A stretch of DNA of 64,000 nt. It comes from Anolis carolinensis (taxonomy: Eukaryota). The notes under the pieces were generated by a model, which saw only the letters and a list, made by a program, of their open reading frames with translations, did not search any database and had not been told where the DNA came from. The stretch's first letter is position 1. Each line of letters opens with the position of its first letter. Positions 1-12,357 of this stretch are shown here, piece by piece. A program made the translations under genes and the position numbers. The DNA is taken from the NCBI RefSeq assembly GCF_035594765.1, contig NC_085845.1:65962024-66026023 (forward strand), written 5' to 3'.

Positions 1-164
1 CCGCTCCGGCAGGAAGGTAACGGCGCTCCATGCAGTCATGCCGGCCACATGACCTGGAGATGTCTATGGACAACGCCGGCTCTTCGGCTTAGAAATGGAG
101 ATGAGCACCAACCCCCAGAATCGGTCACGACTGGACTTAACGTCAGGGGAAACCTTTACCTTAC
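1..164 (+). mobile_element. Sauria SINE, 3' part (cut by the window edge)
   Basis: ggaaggtaacggcgctccatgcagtcatg...gactggacttaacgtcagggga, then (ACCTTT) tail. Confidence 0.9.
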
Positions 165-664
165 TAACATGTTGCCATTGTGGCATATGCTGCTTTGAAA
201 TTGGGTCCATCGTTTTGAAACACTCTGTATTATTACTATTTTACCTCACGTTCTTGGATATAAACAATTAAAACACATTGCTTTAAGTTCAGAAGGCAGA
301 CCTGCAATGACCAGACTTCTTTTATTTGTAGTGTAATCCACATCATAGTATATCAACTTTCCATACTTGACAAAATATGTTCAGGAAGAGACTAGAAGTC
401 TTATCATGTAAAATATAATGTACGTATATACATCTGCATCTTGCACGATTCTTGTTTATTTCAGGATACATGGCTACTTGCTATATGCAAATAGAGCCAG
501 CCATAACAGTATAAAAAAGGCATTTCTTCCCAGTAATCAGTGGAATTTTGGCTGGGTTTCCAGAATTACCATTTCTAAACAGCATGCAAATGGATTTGTT
601 TCCATTGGTCTTCTGCCTCTTCAAACAGGAAAGTTTTTAATTGGTTCTTGAAATAAGACAGGGA

Positions 665-1089
665 GGTTTGGTATCTGCACAGTGGCCGATAGGAAGACAC
701 TCCAGAGGGTCACCACTTCCCGACCGCGAATCATTGCCACCCTCTTCCCTTGTTGGAAGAACTCTATAATTCTTGCTGCCTTAAGAAAGCTCAGAGTATT
801 CTTGGGGATCCATTTTACCCGGCATATTATTTTTTTATTCCCATCTGGCAGATGGTACAGGGTGACAAGAACAAACAGACTGAAGGATAGTTTTTATCCT
901 AGAGCTGTGTCTATGTTGAACTCTGTGGAAACCATTGATGTGGCATGGGGGAATGTGTGATGGTGGTGGGGTGTGTGTGTGTGTGTGTGTGAAGGGATGG
1001 TTGTGTTGTTTTGTGGTGTGTGGGGGGGGGAGCATGTAATTTCATTGTGAAATAGCACAATGACAAATAAAGCTATTCTATCCTATTTA
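665..1089 (+). mobile_element. Rex1/Babar LINE, 3' end
   Basis: ADRKTLQRV...FPSGRWYR..RTNRLKDSFYPRAV C-terminus; caatgacaaataaag followed by a (CTATT)-like tail. Confidence 0.75.
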
Positions 1090-2309
1090 GCACCATCATT
1101 ATCCATGGTGTTTCTAGAGAGAGAGAAAAACCCAAGAAAAAACAGTTCCCTGCCCTTATACTTACAATCTAAAGACGGACTCACCAGGAACAGGGATCAC
1201 ATTGAAACAGGGAATTATGTCCAGCAGAAACTGCCACTCCTTCTCTGCCTTCAAGACCAGGGCAGTAGCAGTCTTTAGACTGATAGGTTGTCATGTTATA
1301 ATTTCAACATCAGATGAATAATTGCATTGTCTAAACCCATTGTAGAGTAAATAAAGATGCCATTTTAAGTGACATATGCAACAGTGTAAGCTAACCTTCA
1401 GTACATATCCTTTCCTCTATCTGTCATGGACACAGAGTATTAATAAATAAGTTAGAATGGATTTGCCCGGAAAAAGTATAAACCTCCCTTGGTAAGATCT
1501 TGCTTCCAAAGGCATAGTTCACTGCAGTCATTTAAAATGTTCAGAAATGTTCTTCTTAATCTCAAAGGGAAGAAGATTGAGTAAAGCCCAAATCATTGTT
1601 GAAAACTAAAGGAAGAAAAACAGCAACTCCGTTTTCAGCTGGACTTAAGTGAGGATCTATTGTACCTTTTCCCCCAGAACATTTATAAGCCTAAAATTCT
1701 GGTGCATTCAAGCATCCACAGTAATAGATGTGTGTGTTCTTTCCCTTAAAAAACATTTTTGGCTGTGCATGTCTGTTTTTTAAGGGACTTTTTAATTCAA
1801 TGCTTTTGAAATATAAACCGTTTGTCTACTTTGTGGAATTGTGCCTCTGGCAAGGTATTGTCCTATCCACAGAGGAATGAAAAAATGGTCTTTAAAGTAA
1901 ATGCTAGCAGCTTTTTTCACAATGTATGCATCAAGGTACAATAGCAAGCAAGCAACACTATTCAGATGAGGATGAAAATAAGATCCAATATCCAATATCA
2001 AGAGCTTTTTGGATTAGAATGTTCAAAAATCCTGCAAATTGAAGTTCCATAATTGGAGTAGTTTTCACAGTCATGCATTGACAGCCCAACTTTTCTGCTA
2101 CTGAAGGTGAGAAGAGAGGTATATTGCTTCCATCTGCTTTATACTGTTGCTTCCTCTCATAGCAAACACTTTAGCCTTTCCTGCCATCCCTTGCTTCCAT
2201 AATTACCCCCCCCCCCCCACCACAATATACTTCTCTTCTCATTTTCTAAATGCTGGTATCTTTGGAACCCAAAGAACCAGGTATTGTCAGTAGTAAATGT
2301 TGGTGGTAT

Positions 2310-2423
2310 AGATGTGTTGTCGAAGGCTTTCATCACCAAAATCACTGGGTTGCTTTGAGTTTTCCGGGCTGCATGGCCATGTTCTGGAACATCGCTATAC
2401 AGCCCAGAAAACTCACAGCAACC
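2310..2423. mobile_element. Miniature inverted Penelope remnant (hairpin)
   Basis: Same left terminus (atgtgttgtcgaaggctttc) and right terminus (...cagcaacc) as the large element; arms about 2348-2384 and 2387-2423; TSD TGTTGGTGGTAT at 2298-2309 and 2424-2435. Confidence 0.88.
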
Positions 2424-2999
2424 TGTTGGTGGTATTGTTGATGGTAAATGTTCTCTCGGTTGACCTAGTCATTCCATATTTATTCTTAGGGATTTTAATA
2501 TCAACACTGACTTTTATTGTAAACTTTTCATTTCCTTCCTCATATATCTCTATTCTTTGGCTTTAATTTTTTCTAGTATTCCCACTCACCCACCCACTCC
2601 ATTGGTCACTATTTTTGGTTAACTTTTCATGAAGGTTTGTAATATTATCTGCTTAAACATTCAGCAACTTTTAATACTCTTACCCATATTTCTTTTAAAA
2701 TATTTAAAATATTTTAAAATATTTAAAATATTTAAGGTGTCAGGTGCAGGCAGTTATACTTAGATTGAAATCAGTGGTACTCGTTAGATATGTGTGTGGT
2801 CACCATTTCTCCCATTTCTTCTGTTCTTTCGCACAGTCTTTTTTATTAATCCCCGAGCAAACAAAAAGTAAACCCTCATTTACTCTCCTCTTCCACAAAG
2901 TCATCTCTCTTCCTTATCTGAAAATGAGAAGCCTTGTTAAAATGCCTTGGAGAGTGCGTGGTGACCAAGGCCCTCTCCTCTTCCCTCCTCCTTGGCTCA

Positions 3000-3233
3000 T
3001 GGAGCTGCCACCTTGGGTCGTTGCTGCTGCTGCTGCTCTGCTTAGCTGGGCGCCTTCCTCTCCTCTGAATCTCCTCCTCCATCTCTCATCAAAGGAAGAA
3101 GGACTCAAAGGAGGAAGAGGAGGGGGGCTGGAGGCGCCTTTCTTGCATGAGAGATGGAGGAGGAGATTCAGGAGGAGAGGAAGGCGCCCAGCCAGGCAGC
3201 AGCAGCAAGCAACGACCCAAGGTAGGAGCTCCA
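3000..3233. repeat. Imperfect inverted repeat of about 90 bp inside a GC-rich unclassified repeat
   Basis: Arms 3000-3089 and 3147-3233. Confidence 0.85.
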
Positions 3234-4011
3234 AGACAAACCATGCCATTGCCCAAAATGATAGGAAGGAGAGGGGAATTCCCCCTCCTTGCCGCCAGTT
3301 AAAAAAGAAGTGAAATAGTGGGGCTGGGCACTGGGCTATGTGTGGTATGTGGAACATCTTTGACATTTGGCAGGAAGAAATTGTGCCCTGCCATCCTCCC
3401 TCCTGCTGCTTCTCCTGGAGAACATAGAGGGCAGGGTCAGCGGGGGGGGGGGGGGGGGGGATGTTTTTAAGGAGATTTTATTTATAGAAAGAAAAAAATC
3501 CCTAAAAATCGGGAGATAACCCAAATGTTATAGAACTTAGTGGGCTAAAAGTGGTAGATGTTCCCTTCATGTGTGGCAGTTTTCACCCCTCTAGCCCTAA
3601 AACTGAGGGGAAGGAAAGCCTGGGGAAGCCCGCCCATAGTGCCAATGGGTTGAAAATTTTCATATTTTTGGATGCAGAACAAAAACACCCATTCGGAAAC
3701 ACCCGTTTTTGGAAGGCTCTCCAAAACAAAAACGGGGGCCTTACGAATGAAACAAACAAAAATGGATAGCAATGCTATACAAATGCACAAGAGTTGGCTT
3801 GTTAATCTTGAATACATCTGGAACACCCAATAGCTCTTTTTTGTCTCAATTTTCTTTTTCATTTGAAGTTTCTTAAGACTTAATTCTCCTCTTTCTTTCT
3901 TCATTGCTATATGTTGCTTCTTTCCAGTCTCTTTTTATTCTCCTGACTCACAGTATCTAGGGTTTTAGCTCATGTGTTCTATTCCTTTCTTCTCTGCCCT
4001 TTGTTCAATAA

Positions 4012-4432
4012 TACCATATATACTCCTGTATAAGTCCACTTCATCTATAAGTGGAGGGCAGGTTTGGGGGCAGAGCAAAATTGTGGATTTTGATATGACC
4101 CGTGGATAAGTTGACAATTATTATATGGAGAGGGGAAAGAGCATTTGCTACCCAGAAAACCATCTGCCCCTTACAGCCACCACCTTTTTCCCATCCAGAC
4201 ATCTTAAAAAAGCCAAAAATTGTTCTGTGGTGGAGAGAGTAGAAGTATTGGTGCTTGCTTCCTTTGGGTTCTCCCATGATGGACTGAGCTTTAGACTTTC
4301 ACCACTCTACTCATAGAAATGGATGACTCCATTTATAACAGTTGGGGTAGATTACTCACATTGACCATGGGTAAGTCGATCCAGGTTTTTAGGTCAACTT
4401 TTTGATTAAAATTTCTAAATTTATACATGAGG
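4012..4432. mobile_element. Tc1/mariner-type MITE
   Basis: taccatatatactcctgtataagtc start; subterminal taagtcga repeats; ...ttatacatgag end. Confidence 0.5.
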
Positions 4433-5988
4433 GTAGTTCCAATTGTCTTACAGACATTATCTTCTTTGATCTTACATCATTATCTTCAAATCATACAAGG
4501 CAGAATTTACTGTGTTTCTCTCTCAAACCTTCATTTCTGTCTTTTCTTTCTCTTTCATTTGACAACATGACATTTCAGATTACTGAGAAACCTAAGGAAG
4601 CGAGACGTTACAACACTCCAAATTGTTTTATGAAATATGGCAGCATTTTATTTCTTATGTTAGCAGAAAGGATATTTATTGGACTCTTATCAGCACATAC
4701 TAACTTATGGAGGGACCTGTTATTGTGGTTACCCGCTATGTATGTGACAAGTAAAAATACTTTTATATGTATGCGTATTTTTTAGCATTTTGTTTCCTTT
4801 TTTATGAATCTGATTATATACTATTGCAGATGTTTATTATCGCTAATGTGTGATTTTACGTATGTGTCATTTGAGATCTGAATAATACTGTAAGAGCATA
4901 AATATCCTCAAGGTGCCAGATCCTGGTTAATAGTTAGATGGGATATTACCAATTAATTCCTGGTGCTGTAGGCTACATTTCTGAGCAAGGAACTGGAAAA
5001 AGCACCTCTGAATATTCCTAGCCTGAAAAAAACATAAATGCATGAGAGTGCCATTGTGATTTATAGTAAATGGGGAGGGGCACACCTAAGATTTAGTGTA
5101 TTGTCTTTTGATCTTTCTCTGTATTATCTGAGCTCACTCAACTGTTTTAGCTACTTTGTCAATCCTCTTGTAGCATTGTTAACATTTGTCATTTTTAGTG
5201 TTACTAAAACTCTTTATTTTATTCAGGCCTGAATACTACTTTGCGATGGTTGTAGAAATATGATGTCCATCAACCTTCATGTTTTCAGCTTTATACCAAT
5301 GAAATCTGTCCTCAGATGATATTCTTGTTTATTTTTACATTACTTTTCAATCATATTTCTCTATATATTTCTCTTCACTAGCTTCTTCTACTGTTTCACG
5401 TTCTTAACTCTTCCTTTTTTCTATTTTCTTTCCTGAATTCACCAAGCACTAATCTTCTTAAATCTCCAATCTTTTGTGCGGTTTATTGGGCCATATTTTT
5501 CTGACTTTATCCTTCAGAATATTTGATTGGCCTCTCTGCTTCATTGCACAATATTCAAATCATATTCCATATTTTCCACTCTGCGTTATTTTTTAACTTT
5601 TTTAAAATTCCTTTCTACTTCAAGGTTAATTCTTATGTTTGAAAATTCTTTCTATTTCTTTTTATCCCTCTCTGAGCTAACACAAAATGTTCCTTTCAAC
5701 TGCATTCTCTTTTTCTATATTGGCTTCTTTAGACATGAGCCTGAAGGCAAAAAGTTGCGTTTTGCGTAGGTGATGGGACTTTAATCACATAATGCATTTT
5801 AGGTGGTTTTCTATGCTAAAGGAAGTTCCGGTAGAAGCACAAAGAACAGAGATCACAATGGTTAGAAGTTGCAAGGAAGAGGCAAACTGGATCCAATAGG
5901 GAGCCAGATTGTGGAAGCTTGAAGTTTATGGAATTTCTTGTTGGGTTGTTTTGGGGTGGGTTCTGGATCATATTAGCTTTGAACACAA

Positions 5989-6218
5989 ATACAGTGGACT
6001 CTTGGTATCCACTGGGATTTGGTTCCAGGATGCCCCTCACCCCATGGATACCAAAATCCATAGATACTCATGTCCTGCGATATACAATAGCATAGTAAAA
6101 TGGCCTTCTATAAAATGAAGATATGCCTTTTGGAATTGTTGTTATTACTAAATATTTTCAAACTCTAGATGTTTGATCTCGTGGATGAAGAATTTGTGGA
6201 TATGAATGGCCAACTATA
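5989..6218. mobile_element. Tigger-like MITE
   Basis: tacagtggactcttggtatcc...ggatatgaatggccaactata. Confidence 0.5.
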
Positions 6219-8879
6219 TATGTATTTCAAGGAAAGAGGTTTTGGTGGTTGACTTCTAGAATATGATGGAGCAAGAAGATCTAGGTTTTTTCTGATGGCT
6301 GTTCAGAAATATGTAGTAGCTATATTCTGTTAACTACTGTGAAATAATGGCATGAAATGGCGTCAACAGTAAGATTGTTCCAAGGCATTTTCTCCTAATG
6401 TTGTGCCAGCACAAAGAAACGGGGAAATATAGTGGGAAGCGTGACAACAAAAGAGCAGTTGGCTTTTATATTATGCCAAGACAAAAGAGCTTCCCTAATT
6501 CAGTTGTAGGAGGGGGGAAAAGTCTCCCTTGAATCAAAAGATATTAAACAGAGAATACAAGGGCTTGTTAACAAAATTGGATTCATTTGTTTGAATTTAT
6601 TTCCCAAGCCATAAAGCATAACTATCAACACAAAATTGTTTACATGTACAGAATGGGGTAAATGTCCGACATGCTAATGAAAAACTTAAAACACTTGGAA
6701 TTGAAAATGAGGAAATCCAATTTGCCCTGTAGCAATACTTAGTCAAAGCCATTAAGAAAAATACAGATTTAATTAAATCTTAATTTTTATAATTAGCCAC
6801 ATGTAAGTAACAAGTTACTTTTACATTTAAAAATAAATCAAAATGATCTGGAATGGCCCGTAACCCTCCTACGATCACCCACTGACAAAGCAACAAATTA
6901 AAATAACATGAAACATTAAGCATTACTCAGTCTGGTAACAACTTTGTTGCTTAATGATTAAAATCATTGTCAAAGTATTTAACAAATTAGGAGTAATTAA
7001 TTTTAACAAATAATTTTGAAGCTCTGAGTTAAATCATTTCCAAGAGCATTGCTGCAGCTGATTCTTGTGCCTAGGAAGCTGTGCTTACCTGACACTTTCC
7101 CCCCTAAGGAGAAACTCAGGATAGGTAAATTTGATTGCTGTTATCTCTGATTAGACCTTGGAGACGGTTCAAGGGGTTGGTCTCAAGGGGAGGAGATGAT
7201 CAAGATGAGGGCTTTGCCCTCCAAAATAACAATTATTTTCCTCCAAACATTCTTTTAAACAACAGTGCACACCTTCTGTAGCTATAACACATTTGGGAAA
7301 TAATATGAGAAAAATGATCTTATAATGTGGATTTTTTTTTTGCAATGGCAGCCTTTACAACGTATGTTGTAAAAATTTTATTTCATAAATTTTCATTATA
7401 ATATATAAGGGAATTGACTACTTTCACATAGGTCTTGGGTGCCTGGGTATTCCTTTTTGAGATAGGGCATGTTCCCAGTCAGGATAACTAACGGGAGAAC
7501 GAGATTGTTGTTGTCACGTGCCTTCAAATAATTTCCAACTTGTAACTACCCTGTGGCCAAAGTGTCCTGGAGTTGAGAATGTATGAATTGCCCAAAACCA
7601 TGCAGTGCTTTCTTTTTCCAAGCGAGGAATTGAATCCTAGTCTTCAGAGTCATAGTCTGATGCCCAAGCTAGTTAAGCACATTGGCCTCACCTAAATCCA
7701 GAAGTCCAGTGAAGCTTATTAGAGCCTAAGGTATCTCAGATAGGAGAATGTCAAGGTAAACATACATAAAGGACTATCTAGAATTATCTGATATTATAAA
7801 GGTTTTAAAAGAAATTCAGAAAAATGCAACGATTTTAGATCATTAGTCTTATTGTGTAATTCAAAACACAATTCAAAGTACTAATTTGACCTGAAACAAC
7901 TTTAGTTTAGATTACCTGAATATTGCCTTCTCCCATAGTTATGCAGGATCTACAGAATTATTTGTCTCTGTAGATATTGTAAGATGACAGTATATGATTA
8001 GGCCTTCTTCATGGCAGTACTTCACTACCAGTAGTGCCTTGTTTCTGGTAAATCCATGTCTGCTTATCTGCATGTGTTTTGATGGTCAGATGTACCTTTC
8101 TTAGTCAGCCATTTGAGCTCGGCTAGATATTTGAGCGCTTGTGAATTTTACTTTTACTGATTTTCAGCTTTTGTACATGCCACTCTTATTATTTTCAATT
8201 ATAGCCGTGTAGACATGATTTTAAATTAATTAATTAATCTGAGCCTTTTTCTCTGGTAGAAACAAGTTTAGTCAAGGAAACAGTCTTGCTGGGCTATCTA
8301 CATTTTACTCAAGCATGATAAATTCATATCCCAAGTTATGCAAGAGAAATTGAAGGCACAAATTGCACTGAAAGTGCCGTCTGTACAGAGCTATAGTATA
8401 AATATCGTTGGCTATCAATAATTCATCTACCTTCGTACAAAAGACAGACCCATGCTTCTTCGCTGTTTAGGGTTTTATCACTTTTGTGATATAGACATCA
8501 TAAGGGAGGATTAAAAGCACCAATTTAGTACATTAAGTATATATTGAAATATGTTCCTATAAAGAAGAACACTTACATTCCCAGCTCCACAGGCTTTCCA
8601 GTGAAATCCATAATGCTACAAAGATATTTCTTGATTTCAAGATGAGAAAATAGTATTTTCGGATTTTACCAAGGGTAAATAAGATTAGGCACAGCTTGTG
8701 CCAGTTCAGGCAACACGGCAAGTTGCATTTAATCCAAAACCGAAATGCAGGCTTTTGAACTTTTTCATGTGACCATGCTGGAAACAAAGGAGATTCTGGG
8801 GATGAGCTGGAAATGAGCCTGGAGAAAGGCTACGATCTTACTCGCAATGCTGAGCTAAAGAGCGCCCACATGTTTTTGT

Positions 8880-9040
8880 GATCCGAATGTTGGCCTGGGG
8901 TGAGGTTCTGTTCCCCATTGCTTCATAAACTCACTGGATGACTATGGGCCGATTGCTCCCTCTTAACCTGACAGGCCTCATAGGGTTATTGTGGAATTGA
9001 AAGTGGGGAGCAGAAGGATTATGTACACTGACACAAGTTC
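8880..9040 (+). mobile_element. Old CORE/MIR-like SINE
   Basis: actcactggatgactatgggc...cctcatagggttattgtgg core-like sequence. Confidence 0.5.
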
Positions 9041-10844
9041 ATTGGAAGGAGACAGGGTGAAACATTGTCTCTTGGCTTTTTTAAGTTAACCGCCCTTATA
9101 CTCAGATCATCCCAATACAATACCTTTGGCTATTTTTCTAACGAAAAGAAATGGGATTGCCATTCTATGTAAGGTGATCCTCCTTGAGAACAAGATATCT
9201 TGACAGGTTGTAGCTCGCCTTCAGTTACAGGCTGCATAAAGTGTGTACTATCTCAAGAAATTCTTCAGCTATTAAGCTATATTTGCAACTGAGACTTATA
9301 TCAAAACAAAGTCATCATATACTATTGCCATCGATCTTGATCACTTAGCTACGGGTTTTTCTCCTTTGCAAAGAAACCAAGAAGAACCTTTTCCCAGCCA
9401 ATGTTCATTTGGTTTGTGGAAGCAATGTCAAGGCAGCCATGGGGAGGCCAACCCCATCCAGACTCCCATGTCTGTGATCCGTTTCTATGTGTTTGTTCTG
9501 TCTCACTTTGGTCGCATTCATCAATGTTTTATATTGTCACATAAGCATGTTTTGGAAATGAGGCATCTGCTCATGCTAACTAACTTAGCCAAAACCCGGA
9601 GGAATTTAGAAAATTCCAATTCATCTTTTTTTGCCTATTGACTCCTTGAAATAAATCCTGTAAGTTCAGAGGAGATCTGACCTTGAATTGTTAAAAGAAG
9701 ATTTTTTATGTTCAAATTAGAATTTTAAGATTAAGCTGCTTGATGTGCCTATGGAATCTGAATGGTGATTTTTGTCTTTTGTACAAGGTTGTTATAGAAT
9801 AAACCTATGATTTTATATCTCTGTTTCCTCTCCTCAAAACGAACTACAGAATGGATAGGTTTGTTGATTTAGTCAGGGAAATCTGCAGAGGTTGATCATT
9901 TCCTTCTGCTCTGTTTTTCTAGTTGAAATTCTTCAGCTGGTTGCTATTTTTTCTGTTGATGGGGGAATATAGGCACCTTTTTCATGACTGCAGTTTCCCC
10001 CAATGAAGCAAATGACTCTCTGTTTAGATTTTGTCAGGCTTGAGAAACTTAGCTGCTTTGCTATTTTCTTGGCCACATTAGTATTTCCATCACAAAGATA
10101 TGTGTGTGAGATTATATAGAAAACATTTTTGGGAGGCAAAAATGCATTTTGCCCAATGAAACATTACACACATATTCTAGTAACTCCCTGCTTGATATTC
10201 ATCTTTGTGATGCGAAATGGACATTGCTGGGGAGAGATGTAAGGAAAAACGTAAACCTAATATTTGAAGACCCTCGGCGCTTTCTACTGAAACAATTTCT
10301 CCATTTGTTTCTAGGTCTGTCCTAATGGAGCATTTAGTAGATTATGCTTCAACATAATCTTCGACATGTATAGTCTTCAGTGTGTATTAAAATGCTACAC
10401 TAAAGTGGGGGGCCTTCACCCCTCCTTTAAGATGTCTACATCACAAAGAAAATAAACTTTAGTGGTAAGCCCCCTAGAGCTTATGTGTCTGTCTTGGATG
10501 CACAGAAGAACCTTTGATAGGGCCTGTGCATTTGAAACTTCATCTTGTATCTGTATTTCAGAGACAAGCTTCCCAAAGGAAAAGTTTCTAAAGCAAGTTT
10601 AAACTTTTTTTAGAGGCTAACGTAATTTTTATTCAGTCAGTATCTGAATAACCCATGGTAAAAAAGCAACTAAAGAACAATAGTGTGGTTTAGATGAATT
10701 TTAAAGACAATAGAATGGAACTAGGGAAAATTGTTTTAATATGATGTGGAGTTTGTATACGAGCACTATAGTGGAAGAAAAGGCCTGATTCTTTAATTTA
10801 AAATGTCAACATGTTAAGTCTATAGCGGGAAACATTATTGTGTA

Positions 10845-11685
10845 CTAGCACATGCATCCAACGTTGCCCGAGTGTCGGAGGGGTTGTTGCTCCCTCCTTT
10901 TCTCCCTTCTTTCTCTTTCTTTCTTCCTTTCCCCTCATAGCCTTTTCCCTTTCCTTTTTTTCCTCCCCTTCCCTTTTCCCTTCCTTCCTTTCTTTTTCTT
11001 TAAATCTTTAAAATTCATCTAAATGAATCTTTAAAGCCATGCTATTGTTCTTTAGTTGCTTCTCAGTTTTCAGAAGAGAAGGCTGGGAAGAGACATGATG
11101 GCCATGTATAAATATGTAAAGGGAAGTCATAGGGAGGAGGGAGCAAGCTTGTTTTCTGCTGCCCTGGCTTCAAACTACAGGAAAGGAGATTCCACCTGAA
11201 CATTAGGAAGAACTTCCTCACTGTGAGAGCTGTTCAGCACTGGAACTCTGCCCCGGATTGTGGTGGAGGCTCCTTCTTTGGAGGCTTTTAAGCAGAGGCT
11301 GGATGGCCATCTGTTGGGGGTGCTTTGAATGCGATTTTCCTGCTTCTTGGCAGGGGGTTGGACTGGATGGCCCACAAGGTCTCTTCCAACTCTATGATTC
11401 TATGATTTTATGATTCTTCATTCCCCTATTCCATTGCTCCCTTCTTTCTCCATTCCTTTCCTTCTTCCCCTTCCCCTCCCTCCCTCCCTTCCCCTTTCTC
11501 TGAGAGGACCTACCTCACAATGTCTCCATTTAACATGGCTCTCTTTGTGGCTCTTACCTTCCTTCCTTCTTGCCTTCCCCTCATACACATGTCACCTTTC
11601 TTTCCCAGTGACATCACAGAAGGCCACCTCACCTAGCAACTGCCTTTGTGGTACAGACAGACAGCCTTTGACTTTTATATAGAGA
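10845..11685 (-). mobile_element. Possible non-autonomous Helitron hosting the CR1
   Basis: On the - strand it starts TCT(C)TATATAAAA and ends ...gggcaacgttggatgcatgtgCTAG|T; pyrimidine-rich interior. Confidence 0.45.
11068..11417 (+). mobile_element. CR1 LINE, 3' end
   Basis: gagaaggctgggaagagacatgatggcc...ttccaactctatgattctatgatt; (TTCTATGA)n tail. Confidence 0.92.
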
Positions 11686-11764
11686 CATTGAAATGCAGGG
11701 TGCACATTAAATTAACATACATTTAGTTTTCATAGAACAATATACAATATGATACAGTAGAGAT

Positions 11765-12357
11765 TAGGCTTGTGCAATTCAGCTAGAGGGCGATCTGTTT
11801 TTGGTATCCGAATTTCATTAGGCACCCAGATCCATTTTCAGGAACCTACTGAAAATCGGCTAATGGAAATATCTGTTTTTGGCTAGGCAGCCGAAAGATC
11901 TGGCAAGATCTGGCCAAGTGGCGACAATGGGGAACTTACAAGGCTTCCCTTTCTGTTCCTGAGATCCTTTCCTGTCTTGCCTTCAAGGGAGTCTGAGTTT
12001 CAGCAACGAGGTTAAGGAAGCACCCTTCCTGGGACCTTTTCCTTTTTTGCCTTCAAGGGAGTCTGGGTTCAGCAACGGGGTTAAGGAAGCACCCTTCCTA
12101 GGACCTTTTCCTTAGACGTCACTGCGTCCTTCTATTCTGATTGGCCCGACAGGGCTCACAGGGAAACCCATGTGAACACCATGCAGCAGCCTTTCTGCAC
12201 CGTGTGGTGCTGAATAGGGGAGGAGGAGCAGATTGGTTGCCACGTGGTCCTGTAACGGATGAAAAAGTATGATGGTTGGGCCCTTACTGTTTCTGCCATC
12301 CGGCCAAGCCGGATTGGCCGAAGAGAACTGACCACTTTGTATCTGTGCACAAGCCTA
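11765..12357. mobile_element. Non-autonomous hAT (Ac-type TIR) element with an internal tandem duplication of about 69 bp
   Basis: TIR TAGGCTTGTGCA / TGCACAAGCCTA; 8-bp TSD GTAGAGAT / GTAGAGGT. Confidence 0.85.

Noticed and set aside
1-164. HDV-like ribozyme in the Sauria SINE body
   Set aside because: I could not assemble P1, P2, P3, P1.1 and J4/2 by eye, unlike in the Vingi-derived SINE.
2744-3366. Overlapping 189-aa and 150-aa ORFs
   Set aside because: Low-complexity products of a GC-rich inverted repeat, with no recognisable domain or splice context.
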